From: Acidimicrobiaceae bacterium
GTDB taxonomy: Bacteria; Actinomycetota; Acidimicrobiia; Acidimicrobiales; Aldehydirespiratoraceae
Assembly: GCA_009835735.1 (NCBI GenBank)
Contig: VXWX01000010.1
Coordinates: 29,772 to 93,771 of the forward strand
Length of the DNA stretch: 64,000 nucleotides
Direction: 5' to 3'
Made by a program: the position numbers and the translations under genes. Every line of letters begins with the position of its first letter. Within the stretch, counting starts at the first letter, position 1. The notes beneath the pieces are model-generated. The model had not been told where the DNA came from, ran no database searches, and saw only the letters and a program-made list of their open reading frames with translations. Of this stretch, positions 44,040 through 56,636 are shown one piece after another.

Positions 44040-44804
44040 ATGGAGTTGGCAGGACGGGTCGCGTTGGTTACCGGCGGCGCCCACCGGGTGGGGCGAGCCA
44101 TCGCTCTGGAGCTCGCGGCGGCAGGCGCCGGTGTGGCCATCGCATACCACCGGTCCGGGGATCGGGCCACCGAGACGGTCACCGAGTTGCGCAGCTGCGG
44201 TGTAGACGCCGGCGCATTCAAGGCCGATCTGGCCGTGCCGGCCGAAGCCGCCGAACTCGCTGAAGCCGTCGCCGGCCGACTGGGACCCATCGACGCCCTG
44301 GTCAACAGCGCGTCGTGGTTCGCCCGCGACGAGTTCCCCACCGGCGACACCGACACCTGGTACCGAACCCTCGACGTGGTGCTCCACGGGCCGTTCCATC
44401 TCACCAACGCCGTCGCGCCGTCGATGCTCGAGCGGGGCGGCGGGGCGATCGTCAACATCGTGGACCTGTCGGCCTGGCAGCCGTGGCCCGGCCGCGCCGC
44501 CCACAGCGTGGCCAAGGCCGCGCTGCTGGCCCTGACCCGCCAGGTGGCGGTGGAGCTCGCCCCGACCGTGCGCTGCAACGCGGTAGCGCTCGGCCCGACG
44601 ATCGCGCCCGCCAAGTTCGGGCCCGATCAGGTCGAGAGACTGAGACGGCGCACGCTGCTCGGCCGCTGGAGCGGAGGTACCGAAGCCGGAAGGGCCGTGC
44701 GTTACCTCCTCGAAGCGGGGGCGGTCACCGGCGAGTGCCTGACTGTCGACGGCGGCGAGCAGTACGGCCACGTGCGCGACCGCTTCACCGACACCGCCGG
44801 CTGA
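44040..44804 (+). CDS. SDR, pteridine reductase-like
   Basis: TGGAHRVG, NSAS, VNIVD; the catalytic Y position reads H (HSVAK). Confidence 0.78.
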   Translation: MELAGRVALVTGGAHRVGRAIALELAAAGAGVAIAYHRSGDRATETVTELRSCGVDAGAFKADLAVPAEAAELAEAVAGRLGPIDALVNSASWFARDEFPTGDTDTWYRTLDVVLHGPFHLTNAVAPSMLERGGGAIVNIVDLSAWQPWPGRAAHSVAKAALLALTRQVAVELAPTVRCNAVALGPTIAPAKFGPDQVERLRRRTLLGRWSGGTEAGRAVRYLLEAGAVTGECLTVDGGEQYGHVRDRFTDTAG

Positions 44805-44816
44805 GAGCGACGAGGG

Positions 44817-46370
44817 TCAGGTCCCGGTGGAGCGGCCCCTGAGGATGTCGTCGTATCCCCGGATCAGGGTGTGCTCGGTCTCCTGCACATCCTCGGGGCT
44901 GGCCGCGAAATAGCCGGTCGCCATCCCCATGTCGGACGCGGCGTCCAGGTACTCGGGCACGCTCGACAGGTACAGGCAGTCGTAGAGGTCCACCGACATC
45001 ACCCGGCGGGTCGCCTCGAACAGCGACCGCTCGGGAAGCACAGCTCCCACATCGCCGCTCACCAGCCACGACGACACAGAGTCCTCCAGCTCGGCCATGC
45101 GCCTCAACCGCAGCCCCCACTCTCGGGGCTGGTTGCCGACCGCCGCCACCGGCAGGCTCCGGCTGGCGACCCGGTCGAGGAACTGGTGCAGGCCCGGCAC
45201 CAGCTTGAACGACGACAGGTAGCGGGTCTCCACGTCCCGGCCGATCGGACCGAGCCCGAGGTCGCTCCAGAACTCCTCGGCGGTGAGCCTGCCCAGCACC
45301 AGCATGCGATGCCGGTCGCGGATCAGCTCCGGATCGATGTCGGGGTTCTCGCCCAGGATCACCGGCAGCAGCAGGCCCTCCCGAGGGTCGGTGGGCCGCA
45401 CGATCACACCGTGCACGTCCACCACCAGCAGGCGCAGCAGGCGCTTGCGGGGGCGGCTGGCCTCCGCCTCCCGGGCCGCAACCCGCTGTTGGCGGCGCCG
45501 CGTGGCCCGGCGGCCACGTCCCCGGGGAGCGCGCAGCAGTGCCACCAACCTGGCGACGATCACGCCCAGCAGCACTGCACCGAAGACGATGCCGGCCACC
45601 CGGGCGATGTTGAGCCACAGCGGCGCCAAGGTGTCGGAGATCATCGTGGAGGCGCCCACTCTCACCGGCTGGTCCCCGTAGGAGAAACGCCAAGTGGCCG
45701 TGGAGCCGTCGACCGCGGGCGACAGCTCCCCCATCGCGTCCTCGAGCTCCCCCTCTGCCCCGAAGGCAGACGAAGAGGCGTCGAAGGCCTCGTCGGAGTC
45801 GATCAGCGTCAACAGGAACTCGAAGCCCAGCGAGTCCGCGGGGGTGCCGGCCTCCGCGATCAGATCCTGAAGCGGGCGCCCGAAGGGCTGACCCTCGAAG
45901 ATCGCGGCGAGCGCGTCATCGCTGAAATCGTCCAGCGGCGGGGTCGGATTGATGTCGGCCTGGAAGCGGTAGGAGGTCTCAGCGAACGAGCGGGTCTGCT
46001 CCAGGACCACGCCGGTGAAGATCACATCCTTGCCGGCCAGCTCCTCGAGGACCTGGGGCAGCTGCGCGGCCGACTCGAACCGCTTGACCGCCCGGATCTG
46101 CACACCGCCGTCGGCGCGGAACAAGGGGCCCTCCACCGCCCATCCGGCGTCCCGCGCATCGTCGAGGCGCAGCCCTCCGGCCAGTTCAGGGACGCGGGAC
46201 ACCGCCACCGCGTCGGCGTTGAACACCACCGTCACCGTGCCCGAGCCGACATCCTCCACCTCGACGTGCACGCTGGTGTCGACCCGGCAAGCCGCGACCA
46301 GCAACGCCAGCCCAAGGACCAGCACGGCCGATCGCAACACCGCAACCGCACGCCGACGCTGTGCGGCCAT
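44817..46370 (-). CDS. Lipoprotein (LppM-like) - TM helix - degenerate HAD domain fusion
   Basis: Lipobox LVAAC, extracellular domain, hydrophobic helix, Arg-rich stop-transfer, VVDVHGVI..HAD fold. Confidence 0.6.
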   Translation of the reverse strand: MAAQRRRAVAVLRSAVLVLGLALLVAACRVDTSVHVEVEDVGSGTVTVVFNADAVAVSRVPELAGGLRLDDARDAGWAVEGPLFRADGGVQIRAVKRFESAAQLPQVLEELAGKDVIFTGVVLEQTRSFAETSYRFQADINPTPPLDDFSDDALAAIFEGQPFGRPLQDLIAEAGTPADSLGFEFLLTLIDSDEAFDASSSAFGAEGELEDAMGELSPAVDGSTATWRFSYGDQPVRVGASTMISDTLAPLWLNIARVAGIVFGAVLLGVIVARLVALLRAPRGRGRRATRRRQQRVAAREAEASRPRKRLLRLLVVDVHGVIVRPTDPREGLLLPVILGENPDIDPELIRDRHRMLVLGRLTAEEFWSDLGLGPIGRDVETRYLSSFKLVPGLHQFLDRVASRSLPVAAVGNQPREWGLRLRRMAELEDSVSSWLVSGDVGAVLPERSLFEATRRVMSVDLYDCLYLSSVPEYLDAASDMGMATGYFAASPEDVQETEHTLIRGYDDILRGRSTGT

Positions 46371-46417
46371 GGCCCTGGTCCCCCGACCCAATCTCAGCTG
46401 CCCCCGGAAGGGGAAGC

Positions 46418-48949
46418 CTAGAAGTGGCCCTCGCCGGCGGTCGGCTCCAGTTCGGGCTCGGGAGGCTCGAATCCCTCGATGGCGCGGAACACGATCACCT
46501 TCTTGCCCTCTTCGAGCGGATCGTCCTCCACGTCGACGATGACTATCTCTCCGGCCCGGAACTCCTTGTGCAGCAGCCGTTCCGACAGCGGATCCTCCAC
46601 CAGCCGCTGGATGGCCCGGCGCAGCGGCCGCGCCCCCAGCGTGGGGTCGTACCCGGTGGCGGCGAGGTAGTCCTTGGACGCGTCGGTCAGCTCCAGGCCC
46701 ATGCCCTGACCGGCCAGTTGGTCGGCGGTGCGCACGATCATCAGGTCGACGATGCGGCGCACCTCCTCCTGGGTCAGCTCGTGGAACACGATCACGTCGT
46801 CGATCCGGTTGAGGAACTCGGGCCGGAAGTGCTGCTTGAGCGCATCCTGAACCTTGGACTTCATCCGCTCGTAGGTGACCCGCTCGTCGGCCTTGGTGAA
46901 GCCCAGGTTGGCCTTGCGCAGATCGGCGGTGCCCAGGTTGGACGTCATGATCAGCACCGTGTTGCGGAAGTCCACCGAACGGCCGTGGCTGTCGGTCAGG
47001 CGGCCCTCCTCGAGGATCTGCAGCAGGGTGTTGAACACATCAGGGTGGGCCTTCTCGATCTCGTCGAACAGCACCACCGAGAACGGCTTGCGCCTGACCC
47101 GCTCGGTGAGCTGGCCGCCCTCCTCGTAGCCCACGTAGCCCGGCGGCGAGCCGATCAGGCGGCTGACCGTGTGCTTCTGCATGTACTCGGACATGTCCAG
47201 AGCGATGAGGGAGTCCTCGTTGCCGAATAGGAACTCGGCCAGGGTCTTGGCCAGCTCGGTCTTGCCCACGCCCGAGGGGCCCAGGAAGATGAACGAGCCG
47301 CTCGGCCGCTTGGGATCCTTGAGGCCGGCCCGGGTGCGGCGGATGGCCTGCGAGACGGCGGAGATGGCGTCGTGCTGGGACACCACCCGCTTGTGCATCT
47401 CGTCCTCCATGCGCAGCAGCTTCTTGGTCTCCTCCTCGGTGAGCTTGTAGACCGGGATACCAGTCCACAGCGACAGCACCTCGGCGATGGCCTCCTCGTC
47501 GACCTCGTCGAAGAGGTCGACCCCGGACGCCTTGGCCTCGCCCTCGAGGGTCTCGCGACGAGCCAGGAGCTCCTTCTCCTTGTCGCGCAGCTCGCCGGCG
47601 TCCTCGAAGCGCTGGGCGTCCACCGCGTCCTTCTTGCGGGAGATCACCTCGGCCAGCTCCGCCTCGAGCTCCTTGAACTGCGGCGGCGTGGACATGCGCT
47701 TCATGCGCAGGCGCGACCCGGCCTCGTCGATCAGATCGATGGCCTTGTCGGGCAGATGCCGGTCGGAGATGTAGCGGTCGGCGAGGTTGGCCGCGGCCAC
47801 CAGCGCCTGGTCGGTGATGGTGACCCGGTGATGGGACTCGTAGCGGTCGCGCAGGCCCTTGAGGATCTCGATGGTGTGGGCCACGGTCGGCTCGTCCACG
47901 ACCACCTTCTGGAAGCGGCGCTCCAGCGCGGCGTCCTTCTCCAGGTGCTTGCGGTACTCGTCGAGGGTGGTGGCCCCGATCGTCTGGAGCTCGCCCCGGG
48001 CCAGCATGGGCTTGAGGATCGAGGCCGCGTCTATGGCGCCCTCGGCCGCGCCCGCGCCGACGAGGGTGTGGATCTCGTCGATGAACAGGATGATGTCGCC
48101 CCGGCTCTGGATCTCCTTGAGGACCTTCTTGAGCCTCTCCTCGAAGTCGCCCCGGTAGCGACTTCCCGCGACCAGCGCACCCAGGTCGAGGGTGTAGAGC
48201 TGGCGGTCGCGGAGGGTCTCGGGCACATCGTCGGAGGCGATGGACTGGGCCAGACCCTCCACGATCGCGGTCTTGCCCACGCCCGGCTCGCCCACCAGCA
48301 CCGGGTTGTTCTTGGTGCGCCTCGAGAGGATCTGCATGACCCGCTCGGACTCCCGGCCCCTGCCGATCACCGGGTCGAGGGCCTTCTCGCGGGCGAGCTG
48401 GGTGAGGTTCCGGCCGAACTGGTCGAGCACGTGCGAGCCCGAGGACGACTCGCCGCTGCCCCCGCCGGTGGTGGCGCCGGGCTTATCGCCTGGAGCCGAT
48501 CCCGAGACACCGCCGTAGGCCGACAGCAGTTGGATGACCTGCTCGCGCACCCGCGCCAGGTCGGCGCCCAGCTTCACCAGGACCTGCGCGGCGACGCCCT
48601 CGCCCTCGCGGATCAACCCGAGCAGGATGTGCTCGGTGCCGATGTAGTTGTGGCCGAGTTGCAGAGCCTCGCGCAGGCTGAGTTCGAGAACCTTCTTGGC
48701 CCTGGGCGTGAACGGGATGTGGCCGCTGGGAGAGCTGCCGCCCTGGCCGATGATCTCCTCGACCTGGCCCCGCACCGACTCAAGGCTGATGCCGAGGGAC
48801 TCCAGGGCCTTGGCCGCGACCCCCTCGCCCTCGTGGATGAGGCCGAGAAGGATGTGCTCGGTGCCGATGTAGTTGTGGTTGAGGAGGCGCGCCTCTTCCT
48901 GGGCCAGAACCACGACGCGACGTGCCCTGTCGGTGAACCGCTCAAACAT
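46418..48949 (-). CDS. clpC: ATP-dependent Clp protease ATPase ClpC
   Basis: [27 protein letters not shown]. Confidence 0.97.
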   Translation of the reverse strand: MFERFTDRARRVVVLAQEEARLLNHNYIGTEHILLGLIHEGEGVAAKALESLGISLESVRGQVEEIIGQGGSSPSGHIPFTPRAKKVLELSLREALQLGHNYIGTEHILLGLIREGEGVAAQVLVKLGADLARVREQVIQLLSAYGGVSGSAPGDKPGATTGGGSGESSSGSHVLDQFGRNLTQLAREKALDPVIGRGRESERVMQILSRRTKNNPVLVGEPGVGKTAIVEGLAQSIASDDVPETLRDRQLYTLDLGALVAGSRYRGDFEERLKKVLKEIQSRGDIILFIDEIHTLVGAGAAEGAIDAASILKPMLARGELQTIGATTLDEYRKHLEKDAALERRFQKVVVDEPTVAHTIEILKGLRDRYESHHRVTITDQALVAAANLADRYISDRHLPDKAIDLIDEAGSRLRMKRMSTPPQFKELEAELAEVISRKKDAVDAQRFEDAGELRDKEKELLARRETLEGEAKASGVDLFDEVDEEAIAEVLSLWTGIPVYKLTEEETKKLLRMEDEMHKRVVSQHDAISAVSQAIRRTRAGLKDPKRPSGSFIFLGPSGVGKTELAKTLAEFLFGNEDSLIALDMSEYMQKHTVSRLIGSPPGYVGYEEGGQLTERVRRKPFSVVLFDEIEKAHPDVFNTLLQILEEGRLTDSHGRSVDFRNTVLIMTSNLGTADLRKANLGFTKADERVTYERMKSKVQDALKQHFRPEFLNRIDDVIVFHELTQEEVRRIVDLMIVRTADQLAGQGMGLELTDASKDYLAATGYDPTLGARPLRRAIQRLVEDPLSERLLHKEFRAGEIVIVDVEDDPLEEGKKVIVFRAIEGFEPPEPELEPTAGEGHF

Positions 48950-49095
48950 CGCATACACCTCCTGGCCAGTTGGGCTGCCTTCCCGCGGTCAGTGTAACCC
49001 GGACCCGTGACATGAGTTGCGTCGCCGAGGCAGCCCAGACCGTGACATTCGCCACGCCGCGCCCACGGCCGCGCGGTCCCCATTACCCTCGCGAT

Positions 49096-50091
49096 GTGGC
49101 CAACACCTCGCCGTTCGCTCTGCTGCCGTGCCTAGAGGACGACCTGCGGCGTGTCGAGGAGGAGCTGCTCAGGGCCGCCACGGCCCCCGACGACTTCGTC
49201 ACCGAGTTGGCCCAGCATCTGATCACGGTCGGCGGGAAACTGGTCCGGCCCGGCTTCTGCCTCGCCTCGTCGCTGGTGTGCGACGCCGCGCCGAGGAGAT
49301 CGTCCGATGCCGCGGTGCGGGGCGGTGCCTCGGTCGAACTGGTCCACATCGGCTCGCTCTATCACGACGACGTCATGGACGAGGCCACGACCCGGCGCTC
49401 GGTGGCCAGCGTCAACGCACAGTGGGGCAACCTGCGGGCCATCCTGGCCGGCGACTACCTGCTGGGGAGGGCCTCCGCCATGGCGGCCTCGCTCGGGGCC
49501 GAGGTCGCGGAACTGCTGGCCGAGGCGATCACCCAGCTCTGCGAGGGCCAGATCATCGAACTCGAGAACGGCTACGACACCGAGCGCAACGAGCAGCGCT
49601 ACGAGAAGGCCGTATCGGGCAAGACCGCCGCGCTGCTGTCCATCTCCTGCCGGATCGGGGCCACGGTGGGTGACGTGCCCCGGGCTGTGGTGGAGGCGCT
49701 CGGAGAATTCGGCTTCTCCTACGGCATGGCCTTCCAGATCGTCGACGACATCCTGGACCTGGTGGCCACCGAGTCGCAGCTGGGCAAACCGACCGGCAAC
49801 GACCTGGCCGAGGGCACCTACACGCTTCCGGTCATCCGGGCGCTGGCCGACCCGGCGACGGGCGACGAGCTGCGCTCGATCCTCGGACGGCCCATCGACG
49901 CCGCGGCCCGCGACCGGGCCGCTCAGCTGGTCCGGTCCACCAGCGGTGTGGACGAGGCCCGCGACACCGCCCGCATGTGGGCCGACAAGGCCCAGGCCGC
50001 GCTCACGTCGTTGCCCGACACCCCCGCCACCGCCGTGCTGCGCCTGGCGGCCGACCGTCTGACCGCAACCCCCGCCCTAATCGCCGGCTAG
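49096..50091 (+). CDS. Long-chain polyprenyl diphosphate synthase
   Basis: GGK..RP, HDDVMD, FQIVDDILD; GTG 49096 after a TACCCT -10 (likely leaderless). Confidence 0.9.
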   Translation: MANTSPFALLPCLEDDLRRVEEELLRAATAPDDFVTELAQHLITVGGKLVRPGFCLASSLVCDAAPRRSSDAAVRGGASVELVHIGSLYHDDVMDEATTRRSVASVNAQWGNLRAILAGDYLLGRASAMAASLGAEVAELLAEAITQLCEGQIIELENGYDTERNEQRYEKAVSGKTAALLSISCRIGATVGDVPRAVVEALGEFGFSYGMAFQIVDDILDLVATESQLGKPTGNDLAEGTYTLPVIRALADPATGDELRSILGRPIDAAARDRAAQLVRSTSGVDEARDTARMWADKAQAALTSLPDTPATAVLRLAADRLTATPALIAG

Positions 50092-50106
50092 CCCGGCGAA
50101 TCCGAC

Positions 50107-51522
<1,416 letters not shown>

Positions 51523-51610
51523 CGGGGTGCCGCTTCGATGCGGGCGGACTTCAGCAAGCGGCCCACCGCATGGGTGGCGAAGCTGCAGCGCATTCGCCGG
51601 CGAAGGTCGC

Positions 51611-52408
51611 TCATCGGTCCTGGTTTCGCTCGTAGACGATGCGCAGGCCGTGCAGGGTCAGGAACGGCTCGACGTGCTCGATCGTCTGCGAGATGGGGGC
51701 GATCGCGTAGGCCAGACCGCCGGTGGCTACGACGTTGGCCTCGCCCAACTCGGCCAGGAAGCGGGCGTTCATGCCGTCGATCATGGCAGTGAACCCGTAC
51801 AGGGCGCCGGACTGGATGGACTCGACAGTGGTCTTGCCGATCACACTGCGGGGCTCGACCAGCTCGACCGCGCCGAGGGCGGCGGCCCGGCCGATGAGCG
51901 CATCCAGGCTGATCTCGATGCCGGGTGCGATGGCGCCTCCCATGAAGGCTCCGTCGGCCGAAATGACGTCGAAGTTGTTGCCGGTGCCGAAGTCGACCAC
52001 GATGGTGGGGCCGCCGTAGAGGTCGTAGGCCGCCACTGCGTTGGCGATCCGGTCGGCGCCGACCTCCTTGGGGTTGTCGTAGTGGATCGGCATGCCGGTC
52101 TTGACGCCCGGCCCGACTACCACGGGTGAGAATCCGAGCTGGCGCCGCACCATCTCCCGCAAGCCTGCGAGCAGTCGGGGCACGCCCGAGCAGATGGAAA
52201 CCCCGGTGACATCACTGTCGAAGTCGATGTCGATCACATGGAGCAGCGACCTGATCACCACGCCGAGCTCGTCGGCCGTGCGACTCGGGTCGGTGGAGAG
52301 CCTCCAGTGGTCGACCAGCCCGTCCGCCGCGGCCGAACCGTGGACCGCGCCCGGGTCGTAGATGCCGACGACGGTCTGGGTGTTGCCGACATCGATAGCA
52401 AGCAGCAC
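51611..52408 (-). CDS. coaX: Type III pantothenate kinase
   Basis: IDVGNT, GADR, VDFGT, ATGG. Confidence 0.95.
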   Translation of the reverse strand: MLLAIDVGNTQTVVGIYDPGAVHGSAAADGLVDHWRLSTDPSRTADELGVVIRSLLHVIDIDFDSDVTGVSICSGVPRLLAGLREMVRRQLGFSPVVVGPGVKTGMPIHYDNPKEVGADRIANAVAAYDLYGGPTIVVDFGTGNNFDVISADGAFMGGAIAPGIEISLDALIGRAAALGAVELVEPRSVIGKTTVESIQSGALYGFTAMIDGMNARFLAELGEANVVATGGLAYAIAPISQTIEHVEPFLTLHGLRIVYERNQDR

Positions 52409-52556
52409 CGCCGCAGGATACGGCGGATCGGCCCGAGGCCGAGCGGGCAGGCGAGCAAATCGGGTTCATACGGGCGAGGCCGTGGCCCGAGCGGCCCGTG
52501 AGCGCAGCGAACAAGAGCGGGAAACACCCCGCCCCGACGCGACGGGCTTGCGCCGC

Positions 52557-53426
52557 TCAGCCGGCGCGGCAGCCGGTGTTGTCTATCAGGCGGGCCTTGC
52601 CGAACCGGACGGCCACCAGCAGCCGAACATCGCCTCGCAATGGTCCGTCCGCAACGAGGGTGGACGACGGCACCGCCGCGGTGTAGTCGATCTCCGCCAG
52701 CGGGGCGGTGGCGATCATCGAGGCCATCTCGGCTTCAACCGCCGTGGGGTCGGTCTCACCTGACTGCACCAGGGCCGCTCCGGCCTCGAGGGCGCGGCGC
52801 AGCACCGGAGCCTGGCTGCGCTCAGCCTCGCTCAAGTATGCGTTCCGGCTGGAGAGGGCGAGCCCGTCGGACTCCCGCACGGTGGAACAGCCCACCACCC
52901 GCACCGGCAGCGACAGGTCCGCGGCCATGCGGCTCACGATCGTGAGCTGCTGGAAGTCCTTCTCACCGAAGTAGGCCGAGCACTCGCCCACGATCGAGAA
53001 CAGCTTGGCCACGACGGTGGCGACCCCGTCGAAGTGACCGGGGCGGGATGCGCCGCACAGCATGTCGGCAAGCTTCCCCAGGCGCACGGTGGTCACCACC
53101 GGCTCGGGGTACATCTCGCGGGTGTCGGGAACGAACACGAGGTCGGCGCCGGCCTTCGCGCACATCTCGAGATCACGGTCCAGATCCCGGGGGTAGTCGT
53201 CGAAGTCCTCGCCCGGATTGAACTGCAGGGGGTTGACGAAGATCGACACCACCACAACGTCGTTCTCGGCCCGGGCCCGCTCGACCAGGGAACAGTGCCC
53301 CGAGTGGAGGAAGCCCATCGTGGGCACGAGCCCGACGGTGCGGCCCGCCGCTCGGGCCTCAGCAAGCCGGACGCGTAGACCGCGGATCGTGACCTCGCAT
53401 TCGGGAGTGGGGCGACTGGTGCTCAT
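52557..53426 (-). CDS. panC: Pantoate-beta-alanine ligase
   Basis: PTMGFLHSGH, FVNPLQF, FGEKD, LSSRN, RLIDN. Confidence 0.96.
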   Translation of the reverse strand: MSTSRPTPECEVTIRGLRVRLAEARAAGRTVGLVPTMGFLHSGHCSLVERARAENDVVVVSIFVNPLQFNPGEDFDDYPRDLDRDLEMCAKAGADLVFVPDTREMYPEPVVTTVRLGKLADMLCGASRPGHFDGVATVVAKLFSIVGECSAYFGEKDFQQLTIVSRMAADLSLPVRVVGCSTVRESDGLALSSRNAYLSEAERSQAPVLRRALEAGAALVQSGETDPTAVEAEMASMIATAPLAEIDYTAAVPSSTLVADGPLRGDVRLLVAVRFGKARLIDNTGCRAG

Positions 53427-54145
53427 GCCTGTTCCGCGAGACGGCGGGCCTGCTGGCAGAGTGCCTCGTATGCGGCCCGCTCGTCGGGGCCGATCGCTTC
53501 CAGGTGCCGCCTGATCGTCTCGGTGTCGCCCCGGGCCGCGGGGCCGGTGAGGGCCGCGGCCGGACCCAACTCGTCGACGTTGGCCACGGTGGCTCCGACC
53601 AGGTCCATGAGGGCCGCGAAGGGCACTCCGGCCACCGAAGCGATGCGCTCGGCCTGGCCGAGGAGCGCCACCAGATGGTTGGAGGCCACCACCGCGGCCG
53701 CGTGGTAGGCGGACCGGTCGGCGTCGGCCACCTCGAACGCACGCCCGCCTAGATCGGCGACGACCTGCCGGACGATCGGATCGCCCGCCACCGCGAACCA
53801 CCCGCCCGCGAGCAGGCGTCGAGCGCCGACAGCAGCGTCCGGCAGCGCCACCAAGGGATGCAGAGCTGCCGGCCGCGGGTGCCCGGCGACGGCATCAAGA
53901 CCGAGCGACCCGGCGAGGTGGGCCACCGCCGCGGTCGCAGCGGGTTCGATTGCGGCCGACACCTCTGCCACGGCGTTGTCGGGAGTGGCGATCAGCACCA
54001 GATCCACTCCGGCGGCGGCCCCCGATAGGGCGTCAGGCGTAGCCGACCGGCCCAGGATGGGGTGCAGGTGCCAGCCGACTTCGGTCAGGGCGGCAGCCAT
54101 GGCTCCGCCCGCCCGGCCGCCGCCGATGATCCGAACCGACCGCAC
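53423..54145 (-). CDS. Rossmann/DUF2520 protein (PanG-type ketopantoate reductase)
   Basis: GGGRAG, HP, YHAAAVVASN, LTGPAARGD. Confidence 0.85.
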   Translation of the reverse strand: MRSVRIIGGGRAGGAMAAALTEVGWHLHPILGRSATPDALSGAAAGVDLVLIATPDNAVAEVSAAIEPAATAAVAHLAGSLGLDAVAGHPRPAALHPLVALPDAAVGARRLLAGGWFAVAGDPIVRQVVADLGGRAFEVADADRSAYHAAAVVASNHLVALLGQAERIASVAGVPFAALMDLVGATVANVDELGPAAALTGPAARGDTETIRRHLEAIGPDERAAYEALCQQARRLAEQA

Positions 54146-54147
54146 CG

Positions 54148-54630
54148 TTATACGTCTAGGGGTCCGAGGTTGACGATGCCGTCAGCGGCTCCGGGTACAT
54201 AGCCGTCGGGCAGCAGGTCGGGACCCACGTCCGCGAGGGGCACGAGCACGAAGTCCCGCTCATGCATGCGAGGATGCGGAACGACGAGGTCGGGCGTGCT
54301 CACACGCTCGCCGTCGATCCACAGCAAGTCCGCGTCGAGGGTGCGAGGCCCCCAGCGCACCACCCTCACCCGGCCTGCCTCGAGTTCTCTGGCCCGGCAC
54401 TGGGCCAGCAGCTCCTGAGCACTGGCCGCGGTCCGAAGCCTGACCACCATGTTGAGGTACGCCCCCTGCTCCGGACCGCCCACCGGCTTGGTCTCGTACA
54501 CGTCGGAGACCCCGTCGACGTCGTCGAACCCGTCCACCGCGCCCCGCAGGTAGGCCATCCGGTCTCCCAGGTTGGACCCCAGCGCCACGAACACCCTCCG
54601 AGTCGGCCCTCCATGATCCGGTGCGGTCAT
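54148..54630 (-). CDS. folK: HPPK (dihydropteridine diphosphokinase)
   Basis: LGSNLGD, WGPRTLD, PHPR..ER.FVLVP. Confidence 0.95.
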   Translation of the reverse strand: MTAPDHGGPTRRVFVALGSNLGDRMAYLRGAVDGFDDVDGVSDVYETKPVGGPEQGAYLNMVVRLRTAASAQELLAQCRARELEAGRVRVVRWGPRTLDADLLWIDGERVSTPDLVVPHPRMHERDFVLVPLADVGPDLLPDGYVPGAADGIVNLGPLDV

Positions 54631-55130
54631 GAGGCGGGCTTGAGCTGCTGGGCCATCGACACGATCTCACGAGCCATGGGACCGAGCTCGCGCTCCAGCA
54701 GCCGCTCGGCAATGGTGATGGCCTCGGGGCCGGTGTCGACCAGGCCCGACCACAGCAGGTAGCCCGCCACCACACCCGACACCCGGTCCCCGATTGAATC
54801 GTGGTGGAGCACCACCCGCTGGTCGGTCGAGCGGTCCCGGATCGTGGTCAGAATCTGCTCGAGACGCTCGGCGCCGTCGCCGGGCTCCGAGAAGGGCAGG
54901 TGGGCATAGGCCAGCCCGTGCTCGTCGTAGTCGTGGAGGTTGTAGGGAATCGACGTGATGCTCACGATCAAGCCGATCTCGTTGCGGCTCAGCCAGATGA
55001 TCTCCTCGACGCGCCGCACCCGCCGGTGGCCGACGCCATAGCCGCCGGGCCGCTCGCACACGCCGAAGCGATCGGTGATGATCCACCGGAAGCCCCGAGG
55101 CTCGATCCCTTCCGACCACTTGCTGCTCAT
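54627..55130 (-). CDS. Dual-specificity-phosphatase-like protein without the catalytic Cys
   Basis: VVLHHDSIGDR in place of HCxxGxxR; coupled to hpt and folK. Confidence 0.55.
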   Translation of the reverse strand: MSSKWSEGIEPRGFRWIITDRFGVCERPGGYGVGHRRVRRVEEIIWLSRNEIGLIVSITSIPYNLHDYDEHGLAYAHLPFSEPGDGAERLEQILTTIRDRSTDQRVVLHHDSIGDRVSGVVAGYLLWSGLVDTGPEAITIAERLLERELGPMAREIVSMAQQLKPAS

Positions 55131-55696
55131 GCATCTTCCAGATCGAAGAGATGCACCGAGGGCAGCTCCCGGTAGCGCTCGCCCACATCCAGCCCGTAAC
55201 CCACCAGCCAGTCGGCCGGAACGGAGAATCCGACGTAGCGGATGCCCTCGGTGCGAGCGTCCTCCCGCACGAGCAGGGCGCACATCTCGAAGCTGGCCGG
55301 ACGCCTGGCCCTCAACAACTCGGCCAGGTAGTCGGTGGTGAGGCCGGAGTCGACTATGTCCTCCACCAGCACGACGTGACGGTCCCGCACGTCGGTGTCG
55401 AGATCCTTGATGATGCGGACCACTCCGCTGGACTCGGTGCTGAGTCCGTAGGAGGACACGGCCATGAAGTCGATCTCGACCGGCAGGTCGATCGCCCGGG
55501 CCAAGTCGCTCATGAACACGAAGGCGCCCTTGAGAACGCCGACCAGCAACGGGGGACGACCCTGGTAGTCGGCCGTGATCTCGGCACCGATCGCCTCCAC
55601 GCGGGCTCGCAGCTCCTCGGGAGTGATGATGGCGCGCCCGACCGACCCCGGCGGCTTCGGCATCTGCGCCGCGGGCTGCTCCGGCGCCAAGCTCAT
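55127..55696 (-). CDS. hpt: Hypoxanthine phosphoribosyltransferase
   Basis: VLKGA, VEDIVDSGLT, VGYGLD. Confidence 0.96.
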   Translation of the reverse strand: MSLAPEQPAAQMPKPPGSVGRAIITPEELRARVEAIGAEITADYQGRPPLLVGVLKGAFVFMSDLARAIDLPVEIDFMAVSSYGLSTESSGVVRIIKDLDTDVRDRHVVLVEDIVDSGLTTDYLAELLRARRPASFEMCALLVREDARTEGIRYVGFSVPADWLVGYGLDVGERYRELPSVHLFDLEDA

Positions 55697-55735
55697 CCTC
55701 GCACCATACCGGGCGCTGCCCGGGCCTCTACGGGG

Positions 55736-56620
55736 TCAATCCGGCGGTTGGTCCCGATGTCGGGGCTCGATGCGGAGGCGGCCCGCAGTGCGGGCCACTC
55801 GATGACCTCCGGTGATCTCGGTCGCGATGCCGCGACCCGCCGCGACGTCTAGCACCCGGCCGATCGAGGCGGCCGTCGGGGCCGAGCCGACGGCCTCAGC
55901 GATCCAGCTCCTCAGCGCCTCGGCCGCCACCGCTCGCGGTGCGGCGGCGAGGGCGGCCGCGCTGGTGGGATCGATCTCTGCAGCCAACCCGGCGATCACG
56001 TCCAGCGCTTGGGAGGCCAGATCGGCGTGGCGATTCAGAAGGGGAACCGGGTCGCGTCCGAGAGCGTTCGCCAGTGCGGGCATCACCTCGTTGCGGATGG
56101 CCACCCGGGCGAAGGACGGGTCGTCGTTCATGGGATCGCGCACGGTTGGAAGCCCGAGCCGCTCACACAGGGCGTGCGTCTCGAAGCGGCGCAGTCCCAG
56201 CAGGGGACGGCCGACCCCCGCGTGGGGCGCAGCCGCGCCAGCCAGTCCCCCGCCCCGGCCGACGTTGAACAGCACGGTCTCGGCCCGATCGTCCGCCGTG
56301 TGGCCGACCAGCACGTCGCCGGGCAGCGCCCCGTAGCGGGCGGCACGCGCTCTCGCCTCCAGGTTGGGGCCGGGATCCACACGCACCCGGCGCAGCTCGA
56401 AACCTGCCTCGAAGTGGTCCGCGATGGCTCGGGCCGCCTCGGCGTCGCGGCGCGCCGAGGGCCGCAGACCGTGGTCGACGTGCCAGGCGGTGACCTCCAG
56501 CCCGGTTGCGGTCGCCAGCGCGACCAGGGCGGCGGAATCGGGACCACCCGACAGGCCACAGGCCACGGCGGTGCCGGGCGCCGGGAAGGTGCAGCGCGCC
56601 AGCAGAGAATCGACGCTCAC
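55736..56620 (-). CDS. tilS: tRNA(Ile)-lysidine synthase
   Basis: SGGPDS, VDHGLR, EARAR.ARY, GHTADDRAET. Confidence 0.94.
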   Translation of the reverse strand: MSVDSLLARCTFPAPGTAVACGLSGGPDSAALVALATATGLEVTAWHVDHGLRPSARRDAEAARAIADHFEAGFELRRVRVDPGPNLEARARAARYGALPGDVLVGHTADDRAETVLFNVGRGGGLAGAAAPHAGVGRPLLGLRRFETHALCERLGLPTVRDPMNDDPSFARVAIRNEVMPALANALGRDPVPLLNRHADLASQALDVIAGLAAEIDPTSAAALAAAPRAVAAEALRSWIAEAVGSAPTAASIGRVLDVAAGRGIATEITGGHRVARTAGRLRIEPRHRDQPPD

Positions 56621-56636
56621 ACCAGGCGTTGCCGTC

